Source: Candidatus Omnitrophota bacterium
GTDB taxonomy: Bacteria > Omnitrophota > Gorgyraeia > Duberdicusellales > 4484-171
Assembly: GCA_021735655.1 (NCBI GenBank)
Contig: JAIPGM010000002.1
Location: forward strand, 224,001 to 288,000
Reading direction: 5' to 3'
Length of the DNA: 64,000 nucleotides
Positions 46,122-56,944 of this stretch are shown here, one piece after another. Within the stretch, counting starts at the first letter, position 1; every line of letters starts with the position of its first letter. The notes beneath the pieces are model-generated. The model was not told the origin of the DNA, ran no database searches, and saw only the letters and a program-made list of their open reading frames with translations. The translations under genes and the position numbers were made by a program.

Positions 46122-46230
46122 ACAGCCTCTCCTTTTTTTAAGGATATATGATTTTGTAATATTATAGCATAGAGAGACCCTATCGCAAGAAAATATTTTA
46201 ACCAGAGAGGTTATTTAACTTAAAATAGCC

Positions 46231-48201
46231 CTAAAAGCTTACTTTACAACCGGCAAAGAAGTTTCTTTCTGGAGAAGGATAAAGTCCTCGCGTGGTACCG
46301 GTAAGATTAGTTGCAGCGTACTCACTGTAAAGTTCGTTAAATAAATTATTAACACCGGCAAAAAGCTCTAACTTTTTTCCGGTATAACTTAATTTTATAT
46401 TAGTTGTGTTGTAACTTTTTAACTTAGGGCTGATATTATTAAGATCATTAATTAAATAAACTTTATCTCGATAAAGATAATCAGCAAAAAATGAAAAGCG
46501 TTCAAAAAAATCATATTTTACCGAAGCTGTAAGCATAGCCTTAGGAACGAAAGGAACTTCCTTTCCAGCGTAAACACCGCCACGGAATTTCGCATCGATA
46601 AAGCGATAGCCGAGAGTAAACTTTGTATTGTCAAATGGGGTAAGGGTTGTAGTGAGATTCGCACCTTGACGACGAATTTTACTATAATTTTCGTTAGCGA
46701 ACGTCCCTGGGTTGTAGTATATTTCGTTATTAACATTCATTTGAAAATAATCCAAAGATGTGGTTAAAAAGTCAGTTAAACGCATATTGGCCCCCAAACT
46801 TATAGTTTTAGAACGTTGTGGTTTTAAATTTGTATTAATTGCTGCAGCCGGCCAAGTAACTAAGTATTCATCGGTCTTACCGACCCTCAAACCTCGCGAA
46901 AAATTAAGATAAATATTACTTTCGTTATCGATTTTATAGTTAAGTCCAGTTTCATACAAGCCTTCTCGAAAATTCAATCCATCATCAGTGCTTGTAGAAC
47001 CAAAATAATCAAAAGTAAACTTTTCTTTTTGCACCCTAGCCCCTAAATGCCCAGCAAGTTTTTCATTAAAGCTAATTTCATCCTGTAAAAACCAAGCTAG
47101 GCTCTGTCGATCAATGTCAGTAGCCGCGCTTGAGGTATCAGCTGATAAATCCGAACTATAAAATTCAAATCCGGCAATTAGCTCTTGTTGAATTCCTCTA
47201 GTATCAAAAGACAATAATAGTTGTGGCCGCGCTTGAAAATTAGTTATATGTTTGTCAGTAGACATGCTATAAGAAAGTAAATCCTCCAACTCATTTCGGT
47301 TACGATAAAATAAATCAACTGAAGCAATCAGCTCAGGTGAAAACTCGTTTTTAATAGTTAAGCCTAAAGTATTATCCTCTCGTTGATAGTTATTTAAAGG
47401 AGTTGTTGAGTCACGACGTGAAGTTCCAGCTAACCGTTCAGCTTCGGTTATATCATCTGGCAATCCATAGATATATTCGTGATGAGTCAAGTCAGCACTT
47501 ATCTCTAACTGTTCGGTAGGCCTAGAGTTTAGTTCTATTGAGCTGTATTTTGAGCGGTAATGACTATTTTGACGATAACCACTTGTTGAATGGTACTCAG
47601 AAAATGTGCGAAACGATAAAAGGTCTTCTCCACCTGAGGCTGAAATAGACTCTTTGGTCGAGCGGTAACTTCCGGCTTCAAAGTTAACTTCAACTGAAAG
47701 ATCCTTAGCTTGAGGATCTTTTGAAATAATATTAACTATTCCTCCGGCAGCACCCTCTCCATACAGGACAACTCCGCCACCCCGGATTACTTCTATTCGT
47801 TCAACATTTTTTAAGGGCAACTCAGTCCAGTTAACTCCGCTCATATCGATTTCATTAATTTTTCGACCATTCACTAAAACCAGCATGTTTGATGCAGCAT
47901 TATCACCAAAACCCATCATATCAACAGTTGTCTTAACGTTAGTTCCGTAATAATCGCTGACGTGTAACGACGGAACATTTCTTAAGAAATCAATTACTGT
48001 GCTTGATCCGCTAGCCTTGATATGTTTCTCGGTATATACTTTGGTCGCATAAGGAGTTTCAGAAATTGTTGTTTCTTCTACTCCGGCATAAGGAGTTACT
48101 ACTATTTGCTCTAAATCTATTTGTCCTTGCGCCAACAAAGGACTTAATGATCCAAATTGAATAGTCAAAAATAATATTAAAAATACAAAACACCTTTTCA
48201 T
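46231..48201 (-). CDS. TonB-dependent outer-membrane receptor (BtuB-like)
   Basis: A signal peptide MKRCFVFLILFLTIQFG is followed by plug and barrel domains, and the protein ends with a terminal Phe. The start was corrected to the ATG at 48199-48201, preceded by the RBS aaaggaggggg. The track start at 48267 lies inside the riboswitch terminator. Confidence 0.8.
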   Translation of the reverse strand: MKRCFVFLILFLTIQFGSLSPLLAQGQIDLEQIVVTPYAGVEETTISETPYATKVYTEKHIKASGSSTVIDFLRNVPSLHVSDYYGTNVKTTVDMMGFGDNAASNMLVLVNGRKINEIDMSGVNWTELPLKNVERIEVIRGGGVVLYGEGAAGGIVNIISKDPQAKDLSVEVNFEAGSYRSTKESISASGGEDLLSFRTFSEYHSTSGYRQNSHYRSKYSSIELNSRPTEQLEISADLTHHEYIYGLPDDITEAERLAGTSRRDSTTPLNNYQREDNTLGLTIKNEFSPELIASVDLFYRNRNELEDLLSYSMSTDKHITNFQARPQLLLSFDTRGIQQELIAGFEFYSSDLSADTSSAATDIDRQSLAWFLQDEISFNEKLAGHLGARVQKEKFTFDYFGSTSTDDGLNFREGLYETGLNYKIDNESNIYLNFSRGLRVGKTDEYLVTWPAAAINTNLKPQRSKTISLGANMRLTDFLTTSLDYFQMNVNNEIYYNPGTFANENYSKIRRQGANLTTTLTPFDNTKFTLGYRFIDAKFRGGVYAGKEVPFVPKAMLTASVKYDFFERFSFFADYLYRDKVYLINDLNNISPKLKSYNTTNIKLSYTGKKLELFAGVNNLFNELYSEYAATNLTGTTRGLYPSPERNFFAGCKVSF

Positions 48202-48239
48202 ACTACCCCCTCCTTTAAAACTAATCTTAAAATAAAAAA

Positions 48240-48545
48240 ACCCTATACCTTCTGGTATAGGGTGCACCCTGATTTACTTGGCCCTAAAATAAAAAAATTC
48301 AGGTAATGTTTCCACGCAAAACCTAAACTTTGCTTCTTACGGCAGGTCTTCTGACTTCCCTACATCTTTTAGCTACCTTCCCACCTGCATTTTAAAACAG
48401 ATAGTGGTTTAAATCGCTAAAAGGGCCCTAAAATTATCTCTAGGGGTCGGGATCACAGCACCGGGAGTGTCTCCGATTCTCACGGAGTTCCCTATTAAGC
48501 TCCTTTTGAGCACCGTAAAATTAGCTACTTTTATACAAAGAACAT
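48240..48545 (-). promoter_or_regulatory. Cobalamin (B12) riboswitch with intrinsic-terminator expression platform
   Basis: The minus-strand RNA reads UUAAUAGGGAACUCCGUGAGAAUCGGAGACACUCCCGGUGCUGUGAUCCC ... GGUGGGAAGG ... AGUCAGAAGACCUGCC, where the last element is the B12 box (plus 48341-48356). The terminator CCCUAUACC-AGAA-GGUAUAGGG plus U7 follows (plus 48232-48263). Confidence 0.85.
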
Positions 48546-48720
48546 CTGTATTATAACTTACAACTTTAACCTGTCAACATAAATAGCTCTTCATTTTCGC
48601 TAATTTCAAGGCTTTAATTTTACTGAAACTACTTTCAGCAAAGTTAAAAACTACCTTGAAATATGCATATAAATATGTTATATTTTCCTGAATCGCTAAT
48701 ATATTTAAATAGCAATAACT

Positions 48721-48873
48721 ATGAAAAAATCATTTACTTTAATCGAACTCATTGTAATTATGATAATCACCGCTCTCCTAACGATCATTATTAAGCCTCG
48801 GGTTTTTATAAGCGCAGAAAAAGCCTATATGGGGCAAAAAAATAAAGCCTTCTTCCTTTCATCTTTCCAATAA
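48721..48873 (+). CDS. 50-aa ORF consisting only of a prepilin N-terminal domain (pilin fragment or remnant)
   Basis: MKKSFTLIELIVIMIITALL... shares its first 12 residues with the pilin at 25713..26318. There is no globular domain. Confidence 0.3.
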   Translation: MKKSFTLIELIVIMIITALLTIIIKPRVFISAEKAYMGQKNKAFFLSSFQ

Positions 48874-48892
48874 AATGACCGATTTTAAAACA

Positions 48893-48965
48893 TGCCCCCA
48901 TCCCGACTCGAACGGGAATTTCAGCCTTAGGAGGGCCGCGCTCTATCCTGTTGAGCTATAGGGGC
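48893..48965 (-). tRNA. tRNA-Arg (anticodon CCT)
   Basis: The minus-strand cloverleaf reads acceptor gccccta/tgggggc, D-arm gctcaacaggatagagc, anticodon stem cggcc/ggctg with loop ctCCTaa, and T-arm cccg-ttcgagt-cggg. Confidence 0.85.
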
Positions 48966-48974
48966 GACGAATGG

Positions 48975-49487
48975 TTAGTATTTGATGAGGGAATAAACTG
49001 GATAGTCTATAATCTTGTCTTTACCTTTAAGGCCAACAAGCTCGATTAAAAAAGCAATACCAACAATCTCGGCCTTGAGTTCTTTTGCTAGATTAACCAT
49101 AGCATTAGCAGTTCCGCCAATTGCCAGTAAATCGTCTAGGATTAAGACCTTAGCTCCTTCAGGGAAAGCATCCTTGTGAATTTCTAAGGAGTCCTCTCCG
49201 TACTCTAAAGCATAAGTATGACTATGAGTCTCAGCCGGAAGCTTTCCCGGTTTTCTGACCGGGACAAAACCACAACCTAATTTATAAGCCAATGCTCCAC
49301 CAAAAATAAAACCGCGAGATTCAGCAGCCACAATATAGTCAAACTGAAGATCTTTAAGTAATTCTGCCAATTGATCAATCGCCAATCTAAAAGCCTCTTT
49401 ATTATTCAATAATGTAGTAATGTCACGAAACAAAATACCTTTCCTAGGGAAGTCAGGAATAGCCCTTATGTATTTGCTAAGTTCCAT
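48975..49487 (-). CDS. apt: Adenine phosphoribosyltransferase
   Basis: VLILDDLLAIGGTANAMV matches the PRPP-binding motif. Confidence 0.85.
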   Translation of the reverse strand: MELSKYIRAIPDFPRKGILFRDITTLLNNKEAFRLAIDQLAELLKDLQFDYIVAAESRGFIFGGALAYKLGCGFVPVRKPGKLPAETHSHTYALEYGEDSLEIHKDAFPEGAKVLILDDLLAIGGTANAMVNLAKELKAEIVGIAFLIELVGLKGKDKIIDYPVYSLIKY

Positions 49488-50305
49488 TACTCTACCTCCC
49501 TTTTTCGCTCTTCTTGAGTATACTTACGTAATTTCTTTAAAGCTTCTTGCTCGATTTGTCTTACTCGTTCTCGAGATACATTTAAAACACTCGCCACCTC
49601 GGCTAAAGTATGCGGTCGACCATCAGTTATTCCAAAGCGTAGATCAAGCACCGACTTCTCACGGTCACCAATCGAAGTAAGTAGCTGCTTGACTCTTTCT
49701 TTAGTAAAAGCCATCTCAACGTTAGCTTCGGTGTCGGCATATTCGCTACTCTCGATAAAATCACTTAATTGTGATTCGCCTTCGCTTCCTACCGGGGCCT
49801 CAAGCGAGGATTTTTTCTGAGACCAAAGTTCAATCTCAGAAATTTTATCAACTTTCATCTTTAGCTTTTTAGAAAGCTCAAGTCTAGTTGGTTCGCGACC
49901 ATTTTTTTGACGTAACTGCTCGCAAGCTTTCTTATACTTTGATTGTAGCTCACTCATATATACCGGAATGCGAATAGTTTTACCTTGATCGATTAAAGAT
50001 CTCGTTACGGCTTGGCGTATCCACCAAGCAGCGTAAGTTGAAAAGCGGTAGCCTCTGCGAGTATCGAATTTGTCGATCGCCCGCATAAGACCAATATTTC
50101 CTTCAGCAATTAAATCCATCAAGGTGAGATTAAAGTGACTGTAGTGTTTAGAAATATTTACCACTAATTTTAAATTACAATTAATTACTTTACGACGAGC
50201 ATCTCGGCTGCCTTTTTTTGCCTTTTGAATTAAATCTATCTCTTCTTTTTTAGTAAGCAGCGGTAGATCTTTGATTCTTTCTAAATAGGCTTTAATTGCG
50301 TCCAT
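49487..50305 (-). CDS. RNA polymerase sigma factor, sigma-70 (RpoD/SigA-like) family, compact form
   Basis: Region 2 DLIAEGNIGLMRAIDKFDTRRGYRFSTYAAWWIRQAV, TIRIPVYM, and the region 4 HTH HTLAEVASVLNVSRERVRQIEQEALKKLR are all present. Confidence 0.8.
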   Translation of the reverse strand: MDAIKAYLERIKDLPLLTKKEEIDLIQKAKKGSRDARRKVINCNLKLVVNISKHYSHFNLTLMDLIAEGNIGLMRAIDKFDTRRGYRFSTYAAWWIRQAVTRSLIDQGKTIRIPVYMSELQSKYKKACEQLRQKNGREPTRLELSKKLKMKVDKISEIELWSQKKSSLEAPVGSEGESQLSDFIESSEYADTEANVEMAFTKERVKQLLTSIGDREKSVLDLRFGITDGRPHTLAEVASVLNVSRERVRQIEQEALKKLRKYTQEERKREVE

Positions 50306-50313
50306 AGTATTTT

Positions 50314-53034
50314 TTACTTTTTAGATTTAGTTTTCTTTTTTTGTCCGTTTTCCATTATTACTGCTTGAGCAGCAGCCAATTTGGCAATCGGCACTCGGTA
50401 AGGAGAGCAACTAACATAATTTAATCCGGCCTTGTGACAAAACTTAACTGACTCAGAATCTCCGCCATGCTCTCCACAAATACCACATTTGAGCTTCTCA
50501 TTGGTTGTTCGGCCTAAGCGTACTGCAGTTTTTACAAGTTGCCCGACACCTTCTTGATCAATTGTTTGAAAAGGATCATCAGGTAAAATTTTCTTTTCGA
50601 TGTATTCCGGAAGAAAAACTCCGGCATCATCGCGACTGTACCCGAAAGTCATCTGAGTAAGGTCATTTGTACCAAAAGAGAAAAATTCAGCTTTTTTGGC
50701 AACTCGGTCAGCAGTTAATGCTGCCCGAGGAATTTCAATCATTGTCCCAACCATATACTTTACCTTAGATTGCGATTTAGCAAGAACTTCCTCAGCAGTC
50801 TTACGAACGATTTCTTCTAAATATTCAAATTCATTAGTTGTTCCAATAAGTGGGATCATGATTTCCGGAAGAACTTTTACCCCTTTCTTGGCCATGTTAC
50901 AAGCAGCTTCGATAATCGCTGTTGTTTGCATAACACAAAGTTCAGGATAAGTAATTGATAACCGACAACCACGATGACCAAGCATCGGATTTAACTCGTG
51001 TAATTTTTTAACCAACTCATTTACTTTTGCTGGTGTAATATCCAAGCGTTTTGCCATTTCCTTTTGCCCGGCCTCATCATTAGGTAAAAATTCATGTAAT
51101 GGCGGATCAAGAAGTCGAATTGTTACCGGCAGACCATTCATCTCTTTAAAAATCCCTTCAAAGTCTTTTCTTTGAAAGGGAAGTAATTTCTTGAGTGCTG
51201 CCTCTCGGCCTTTCAAATCTTGAGCTAAAATAAACTCGCGCACAGCCCAAATTCTTTCTCCCTCAAAAAACATATGTTCGGTCCGGGTAAGCCCAATGCC
51301 TTCGGCGCCCAATTTCCGAGCTGCCGCTGAGTCTTTAGGGGTATCAGCATTGGTTCGAACATTAAGCTTTCGATATTGATCAGCCCAAGCCATTACCTGA
51401 ACAAACATTTTGTAAATCGGGCTCTTTTTAGCAATTGGATTGTTCTCAACAACTCCGGCGATTACTGGACTCACCGTAGCTGTTACATCTCCGAGCATAA
51501 CTTCTCCGGTTGATCCGTCCAAGGAAAGACAATCACCCTCGTTAATTATAATATTGCCAACTGATATTTGTTTTTTAGCGTAGTTAATATTTAAAGCGCT
51601 ACATCCAGCAATACAACATTTACCCCAACCTCTAGCAACTACAGCTGCATGGGAAGTCATTCCACCGGTTGAAGTCAATATTCCTTCGGCAGCATGCATT
51701 CCAGCCACATCTTCAGGAGAAGTTTCGTGACGGACAAGTATAACCTTTTTTCCTTTTTTCTTCCAAGCTTCGGCATCTTCAGCGGTAAATACGACTGATC
51801 CGGAAGCAGCCCCTGGTCCAGCCGGAAGGCCTTTAGCCACTCTTTGAGCTTTATTTTTAGCTGCGGGCTCAAAGATTGGAAAAAGAAGCTGATTGAGTTG
51901 GTCACCCTCAATCCGCATGATTGCTTCTTTCGGTGTAATCATTTTTTCTTGTACCATATCATAGGCAATCTTAACTGCCGCAAGCCCAGTACGCTTTCCA
52001 GTACGAGTCTGAAGCATAAATAGTCTGCCTTCCTGTATGGTGAATTCTACATCTTGTATATCTTTGTAGTGTTGTTCGAGTTTTTCCTTAATCGCATAAA
52101 GTTGTTTGTAAATTTTCGGCATTTCTGTTTTAAGGTCCTCTATCGGCTCAGGGGTTCTTATTCCAGCAACCACATCTTCACCTTGAGCATTAATAAGAAA
52201 CTCGCCAAAGAATTTCTTTTCTCCATTTGAAGGATTACGAGTAAAAGCCACTCCAGTTCCCGAAGTATTACCCATATTTCCAAAAACCATAGCTTGAACA
52301 TTAACTGCTGTTCCCAAGAGTCCGGTGATTTTATTTATTCTTCGATAAATTACGGCTCGCTCAATATTCCAGGAAGCAAATACGGCATTAACTGCCGCCA
52401 TTAATTGATCTTTTGCGTCAGTTGGAAATGCCTTCTTTACATGTTTTTTATACACATCTTTATACTCCGCAACCAACTCTTTAAGCTGTGCGGCGGTAAG
52501 ATCATTGTCCTGCTTTGCTTTATATTTTTTCTTAATCAAGGTTAGTTTTTCTTCAAAATGTTCATGGTCAACACCCATAACTACATTTCCAAACATATCA
52601 ATAAAACGTCGGTAAGCATCCCAAGCAAGACGTTCGTTACCAGTTTTCTTTGCTAGACCGATTACCGCAGCATCATTTAAGCCTAGATTAAGAACTGTAT
52701 CCATCATTCCCGGCATTGAAACCGCGGCACCGCTGCGTACTGAAACTAACAAAGGGTTATTAGAATCACCCAATTTTGCCTGCATGCTTTTTTCTAAATT
52801 GCTAATGTTAGCATCGATTTGTCTTTGCAAATCAGCTGGATATTTTTTTCCGTGTTTATTATAATAGTCGCAAACTTCAGTCGAAATCGTAAACCCCGGC
52901 GGCACCGGTACTCCGATGCTACACATTTCAGCCAAATTTGCACCTTTTCCACCAAGAATATTCTTCATTTTTGCATTACCATCAGATTTTTCCTTGCTGA
53001 AAAAATATACGTACTTTTTCTTCTTGTCAGCCAT
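50314..53034 (-). CDS. ppdK: Pyruvate, phosphate dikinase
   Basis: The catalytic His motif [22 protein letters not shown] is present in a 906-aa protein with PEP-utilising C-terminal domain. Confidence 0.9.
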   Translation of the reverse strand: MADKKKKYVYFFSKEKSDGNAKMKNILGGKGANLAEMCSIGVPVPPGFTISTEVCDYYNKHGKKYPADLQRQIDANISNLEKSMQAKLGDSNNPLLVSVRSGAAVSMPGMMDTVLNLGLNDAAVIGLAKKTGNERLAWDAYRRFIDMFGNVVMGVDHEHFEEKLTLIKKKYKAKQDNDLTAAQLKELVAEYKDVYKKHVKKAFPTDAKDQLMAAVNAVFASWNIERAVIYRRINKITGLLGTAVNVQAMVFGNMGNTSGTGVAFTRNPSNGEKKFFGEFLINAQGEDVVAGIRTPEPIEDLKTEMPKIYKQLYAIKEKLEQHYKDIQDVEFTIQEGRLFMLQTRTGKRTGLAAVKIAYDMVQEKMITPKEAIMRIEGDQLNQLLFPIFEPAAKNKAQRVAKGLPAGPGAASGSVVFTAEDAEAWKKKGKKVILVRHETSPEDVAGMHAAEGILTSTGGMTSHAAVVARGWGKCCIAGCSALNINYAKKQISVGNIIINEGDCLSLDGSTGEVMLGDVTATVSPVIAGVVENNPIAKKSPIYKMFVQVMAWADQYRKLNVRTNADTPKDSAAARKLGAEGIGLTRTEHMFFEGERIWAVREFILAQDLKGREAALKKLLPFQRKDFEGIFKEMNGLPVTIRLLDPPLHEFLPNDEAGQKEMAKRLDITPAKVNELVKKLHELNPMLGHRGCRLSITYPELCVMQTTAIIEAACNMAKKGVKVLPEIMIPLIGTTNEFEYLEEIVRKTAEEVLAKSQSKVKYMVGTMIEIPRAALTADRVAKKAEFFSFGTNDLTQMTFGYSRDDAGVFLPEYIEKKILPDDPFQTIDQEGVGQLVKTAVRLGRTTNEKLKCGICGEHGGDSESVKFCHKAGLNYVSCSPYRVPIAKLAAAQAVIMENGQKKKTKSKK

Positions 53035-53060
53035 TTTTAGCCTCTCCTTATTTTGCTGCT

Positions 53061-54392
53061 TTAACCTATTTTTGAAGTAATAAATCCAAGCAATTTATCA
53101 ATTGAAAGTCTTTCCTGCTTCATGGTGTCGCGATCTCGAACTGTAACACACTTATCAGTTAGACTATCAACGTCAACGGTTATACAAAACGGTGTACCAA
53201 TCTCATCCTGCCTCCGGTAAAGTTTCCCGATCGCGCCGGTATCATCGTAGGTAGCAGGAACCTTATCTTTTATATCATAAAAAATATTTTTTGCAAGTTC
53301 AACTAGCTCGGCTTTATTCTTCAATAAAGGAAATATCGCCGCTGCATATGGGGAAAGCTTCGGCTTTATCTTTAGAACCGTTCTAAGCTTACCTTTCACC
53401 TCTTCTTCATGGTAAGCATCGGAAATTATGGCGAAAAAGGTCCGATCCACTCCAGCTGAAGGCTCAATCACAAAAGGAACTACCTTTTCTTTACTTAGTG
53501 GATCAAAAAAAGACAGTTCTTTTTTACTTACCCGAGCATGTTCAGATAAATCAAAATCACCCCGGTTAGCTATACCTTCCAATTCGCTCCAACCAAAGGG
53601 AAAATTAAACTCAATATCGGTGCAAGCTTTAGCATAGTGAGCCAACTCATCCTTTGCGTGCTCACGTAACCTTAAACTATCTTTTCTTAAGCCAATTTTA
53701 TCAGTATAAAAACTCAAGCGATCGCTTACCCAATTTTTATATGAATTATTAGCATCCTTGGGATAAACGAAATACTCTATTTCCATTTGTTCGAATTCTT
53801 TCATTCGAAAAATAAAACTACCGGTTGTAACCTCGTTACGAAAAGCCTTTCCGATTTGGGCAATACCTAAAGGGAGCTTTTTATGGGTAGTGTTTAAAAC
53901 GTTAGCAAAGTTAACAAATATTCCTTGAGCAGTTTCCGGACGAAGATAGCCATAGTAAGGATCGTCTTCGGTTGCGCTCATATTTGTTTTAAACATAAGA
54001 TTAAAACTACGCGGTTTATTTTTAGTAGTATCTATCTTTTCGCTGCATTCAGGACAAATATACAGATCCTCTTTACTCTTCTCCATTTTATCAATTCGGA
54101 AGCGTTTTTTACAACCTGGGCAATCGACCAAAGAATCAGTAAAACCTTCAAGATGGCCAGAGGCCCTAAACACATCCTCATGCATAATAATGCTGGAATC
54201 GAGACCAACAATATCTTCGCGGGAGTCAACATAGGTTTTCCACCAAATGTCTTTTATCTTTTTTTTAAGACGAGCTCCCAATGGTCCATAGTCCCAAACA
54301 CTGGAAAGCCCTCCATAGAGCTCAGAACCGCCAAAGATAAAGCCCCGGCGCTTACATAAAGAAACTATCTTAGATAAACGATCTTCAGCCAT
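53061..54392 (-). CDS. glyQS: Glycine--tRNA ligase (alpha2 dimeric type)
   Basis: The N-terminus [39 protein letters not shown] matches. Confidence 0.85.
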   Translation of the reverse strand: MAEDRLSKIVSLCKRRGFIFGGSELYGGLSSVWDYGPLGARLKKKIKDIWWKTYVDSREDIVGLDSSIIMHEDVFRASGHLEGFTDSLVDCPGCKKRFRIDKMEKSKEDLYICPECSEKIDTTKNKPRSFNLMFKTNMSATEDDPYYGYLRPETAQGIFVNFANVLNTTHKKLPLGIAQIGKAFRNEVTTGSFIFRMKEFEQMEIEYFVYPKDANNSYKNWVSDRLSFYTDKIGLRKDSLRLREHAKDELAHYAKACTDIEFNFPFGWSELEGIANRGDFDLSEHARVSKKELSFFDPLSKEKVVPFVIEPSAGVDRTFFAIISDAYHEEEVKGKLRTVLKIKPKLSPYAAAIFPLLKNKAELVELAKNIFYDIKDKVPATYDDTGAIGKLYRRQDEIGTPFCITVDVDSLTDKCVTVRDRDTMKQERLSIDKLLGFITSKIG

Positions 54393-54460
54393 AAGGGTAC
54401 AATTATACCTTAAAAATTGATTTTTTTAAGCATTATTTTGAAGTTCTAAAAGATGGGTTT

Positions 54461-55000
54461 TTACTTCTGCTTCCAGATATATTGGCCATTTTCCGGAACC
54501 TGAAACCACCAACCACTAGAGGCTCGATCGTAATCATCTTCCAAGAACACCTTTCTTGTCTCGGAAATGCTAACCGAATTTCTGGTAGCGGTGTAGGTAT
54601 ATACAGCCTCACGGTCGAAATTCTCCTGAGCGATTAACTCAGCTGCATCAGCCGGAGCGCCCTTGCGTGTCTCAAGCAAAGCGTTCTGATTTTCGCCAAT
54701 AAATCCTTGATTAAAATAGCTCTCAACCTTTTGAGCCCTAGCTCTTCTTCTATCAATAATTGCCTGAATGTCGGCCGATAAATCAGAAGCATAGGCTTCA
54801 GCAAAGTTAAAAAGAGCATTAAATTTCTTTTCTTTATTACCATAAATCTGATCGTTGATTGATTCAGCATCTTTAGCAACATGTTGATAAACATCAATTC
54901 GCATATTTATGTCGACTTTAATCGGATTTTTAGTCTCAACGCTTACCTTAGCGCAACCGAACACAACTAAAGCTAACAAAATTAAACCAAGTTTCCTCAT
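54461..55000 (-). CDS. Hypothetical lipoprotein
   Basis: A signal peptide with lipobox (LVVFGC) is present. Confidence 0.35.
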   Translation of the reverse strand: MRKLGLILLALVVFGCAKVSVETKNPIKVDINMRIDVYQHVAKDAESINDQIYGNKEKKFNALFNFAEAYASDLSADIQAIIDRRRARAQKVESYFNQGFIGENQNALLETRKGAPADAAELIAQENFDREAVYTYTATRNSVSISETRKVFLEDDYDRASSGWWFQVPENGQYIWKQK

Positions 55001-55764
55001 TGAACACCTCCACCTTTTAATTCCTTCAATTTAGAACTTATATTTTTTATCCTCTGATCACTGTTTGGATGTGAACTTAGATAAAAAGGTGGCCTGGCCA
55101 TCCCTTTATTTGCCTCCTTAAGCTTTTCGAATAAACTAATCGCTGCCCTAGGATCATACCCAGCATCTGAAACATAGTTAAAAGCTAAATTGTCAGCTTG
55201 TAACTCATCGCTTCTAGAATAGCCTTTTGCCACAAGACCAAACAACTGATTAACTAACTGTTTTGCTTGAGCCTGATCAGGACTCCTTAAAAGGGTAGTC
55301 GCCAAGATGCTAAAGCCCAAAGTTGCCCCTAGTTTTTTCAAACTGTGTCGAGCAGAAATATGACCAATTTCATGAGCTAAAACAAAAGCTAACTCTGAGT
55401 CATCAACCGTATCTAATAAACCTTTATATATAAAGACATGCCCTCCGGGAATAGCCAAAGCATTCATTTGATCCTGATCAATGATATAAAACTTATAGTT
55501 AAGGTTGCTGCGATGACTCACCTTTGCTAAAGACACACCGATATCTTTAATATAATTGATTCGCTTCTGATCATCAAGAAGTTTATTTTCTTTAATAAAT
55601 TCATTAGCCATGGCGTCGCCCCAGGAAATCTCTCCTTTTTCATCAAAAAGATACCATTCCTTTTTACCGGTTACCGGATTATAAACTGAGACACATCCAG
55701 TTGAGAAAATAATAAAAGTTAAAAAACCAAACCAACTAATCTTAATCCAAAATTTGTATCTCAT
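54997..55764 (-). CDS. M48 family periplasmic metalloprotease (BepA/YcaL-like)
   Basis: A lipoprotein-type signal peptide (FSTGC) and the HEIGHISARH HExxH motif are present. Confidence 0.7.
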   Translation of the reverse strand: MRYKFWIKISWFGFLTFIIFSTGCVSVYNPVTGKKEWYLFDEKGEISWGDAMANEFIKENKLLDDQKRINYIKDIGVSLAKVSHRSNLNYKFYIIDQDQMNALAIPGGHVFIYKGLLDTVDDSELAFVLAHEIGHISARHSLKKLGATLGFSILATTLLRSPDQAQAKQLVNQLFGLVAKGYSRSDELQADNLAFNYVSDAGYDPRAAISLFEKLKEANKGMARPPFYLSSHPNSDQRIKNISSKLKELKGGGVQ

Positions 55765-56503
55765 AAGGGGTATTCACAATAATTTCCGGACCATTATACT
55801 CTCTAATTCGGCCGGAAACTTCAACTATTTTATTTCGATAAAAAGTTATAGGATCTATCTTCTGTTGAGTAAACGCACTAAAAGCGTTGTTAAAAATAAC
55901 TACAGTGAAATCATGCTTATAGTCACCGCCGAAATTTAAGAATAGACACTTAGACGATTTGTAGGTACTGAGAACTCTTCCCCGAACAGTCCTTATTTGA
56001 CCAATATATTTATAAGCCTGTTCCTGGTCTATAACTTCGTAGCTTTCCCAAAGCCCTTGTTTTTTTGCCCGGGCTTGCTTTTGTAAGCTAACAAATTTAT
56101 CGACATATTTTACATTAGGTGGATAGGTGTAAAGCACCGCCAACCCTTCTTGAATCAATTTAGCATTAACGAAAGTATCTCCGATAAAGCAATAGCCTAG
56201 TAGTCGACCGTACTTATCCTGTTTTTCTAAATCAAACTCTATTCTTACAGCCTTTCCCTCTACTAATTTTCGGTTATATTCTGTAGCTTCTAACGAAAAA
56301 GGTTGAGGATCGTAGATAAATTTTCCATCTTTTTTGCTTCGTACTTCAGGAGTATCAAGTCCGATATAACGCAAAAGTTTCCCGTTAGAAAGCTTGATCG
56401 TATCACCATCAATAACTTTTGAAACAAAGATTTGTGAATAATCCGTAGGAATTCCCGTGCAGGCAATTAAAAAAAGGGCTAAAAAAAGAAGTTTTTTCTT
56501 CAC
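55742..56503 (-). CDS. Thermonuclease (SNase-like) family lipoprotein
   Basis: A lipobox LIACTG is followed by VIDGDTIKLSNGKLLRYIGLDTPE. Confidence 0.7.
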   Translation of the reverse strand: MKKKLLFLALFLIACTGIPTDYSQIFVSKVIDGDTIKLSNGKLLRYIGLDTPEVRSKKDGKFIYDPQPFSLEATEYNRKLVEGKAVRIEFDLEKQDKYGRLLGYCFIGDTFVNAKLIQEGLAVLYTYPPNVKYVDKFVSLQKQARAKKQGLWESYEVIDQEQAYKYIGQIRTVRGRVLSTYKSSKCLFLNFGGDYKHDFTVVIFNNAFSAFTQQKIDPITFYRNKIVEVSGRIREYNGPEIIVNTPYEIQILD

Positions 56504-56871
56504 TATAAGTCTTCAACAATCTTAAAAAAGACTTTTTGTGCAAGCTGTGGCTTAGGAAGGAAATTTCTTCGAGCAGAAACCTTTAAGCGTTGACTCTCAG
56601 GAGTAAGCGTATTTATCTTTATCACTACGCTGTGATCAGAAACTTTAGCCTTAATCATCCCCTTAGATTCATTAACAACTAATATTTCTGCCTCCATCAC
56701 CTCTAGGGTATCTAAACAAATATCCCAAAGTATCCGGTATTCACTTTTTACAGTACCATTGGCTGAATCATTGCTTATGCCATAACCGGTAACTACTCCG
56801 GCAGCAATCAAGGCCGGTACGCATCCGGCTAACAACAATATACCCACCATTAGGGAAATTATATTTTTCAT
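56503..56871 (-). CDS. Hypothetical lipoprotein
   Basis: A signal peptide with lipobox LLAGC is present. Confidence 0.3.
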   Translation of the reverse strand: MKNIISLMVGILLLAGCVPALIAAGVVTGYGISNDSANGTVKSEYRILWDICLDTLEVMEAEILVVNESKGMIKAKVSDHSVVIKINTLTPESQRLKVSARRNFLPKPQLAQKVFFKIVEDL

Positions 56872-56944
56872 AATTTATTCTCTTTCGTATTTACTATACC
56901 AAATATTTTTTTCTTTTGCAAGCTATAATCATAAAATATCTCAC

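Noticed and set aside
48201-48267. N-terminal 22 residues of the annotated TonB-dependent receptor ORF
   Set aside because: The track's GTG/ATG start lies inside the riboswitch terminator hairpin. The real start is the ATG at 48201, with an RBS and a signal peptide.
49420-54897. Assorted overlapping ORFs: 49420..49680(+), 50696..50950(+), 51675..51911(-), 52819..53040(+), 53428..53637(+), 53925..54359(+), 54032..54232(-) and 54634..54897(-)
   Set aside because: Each is antisense or out of frame within apt, the sigma factor gene, ppdK, glyQS or the lipoprotein gene. None has an RBS or family resemblance.
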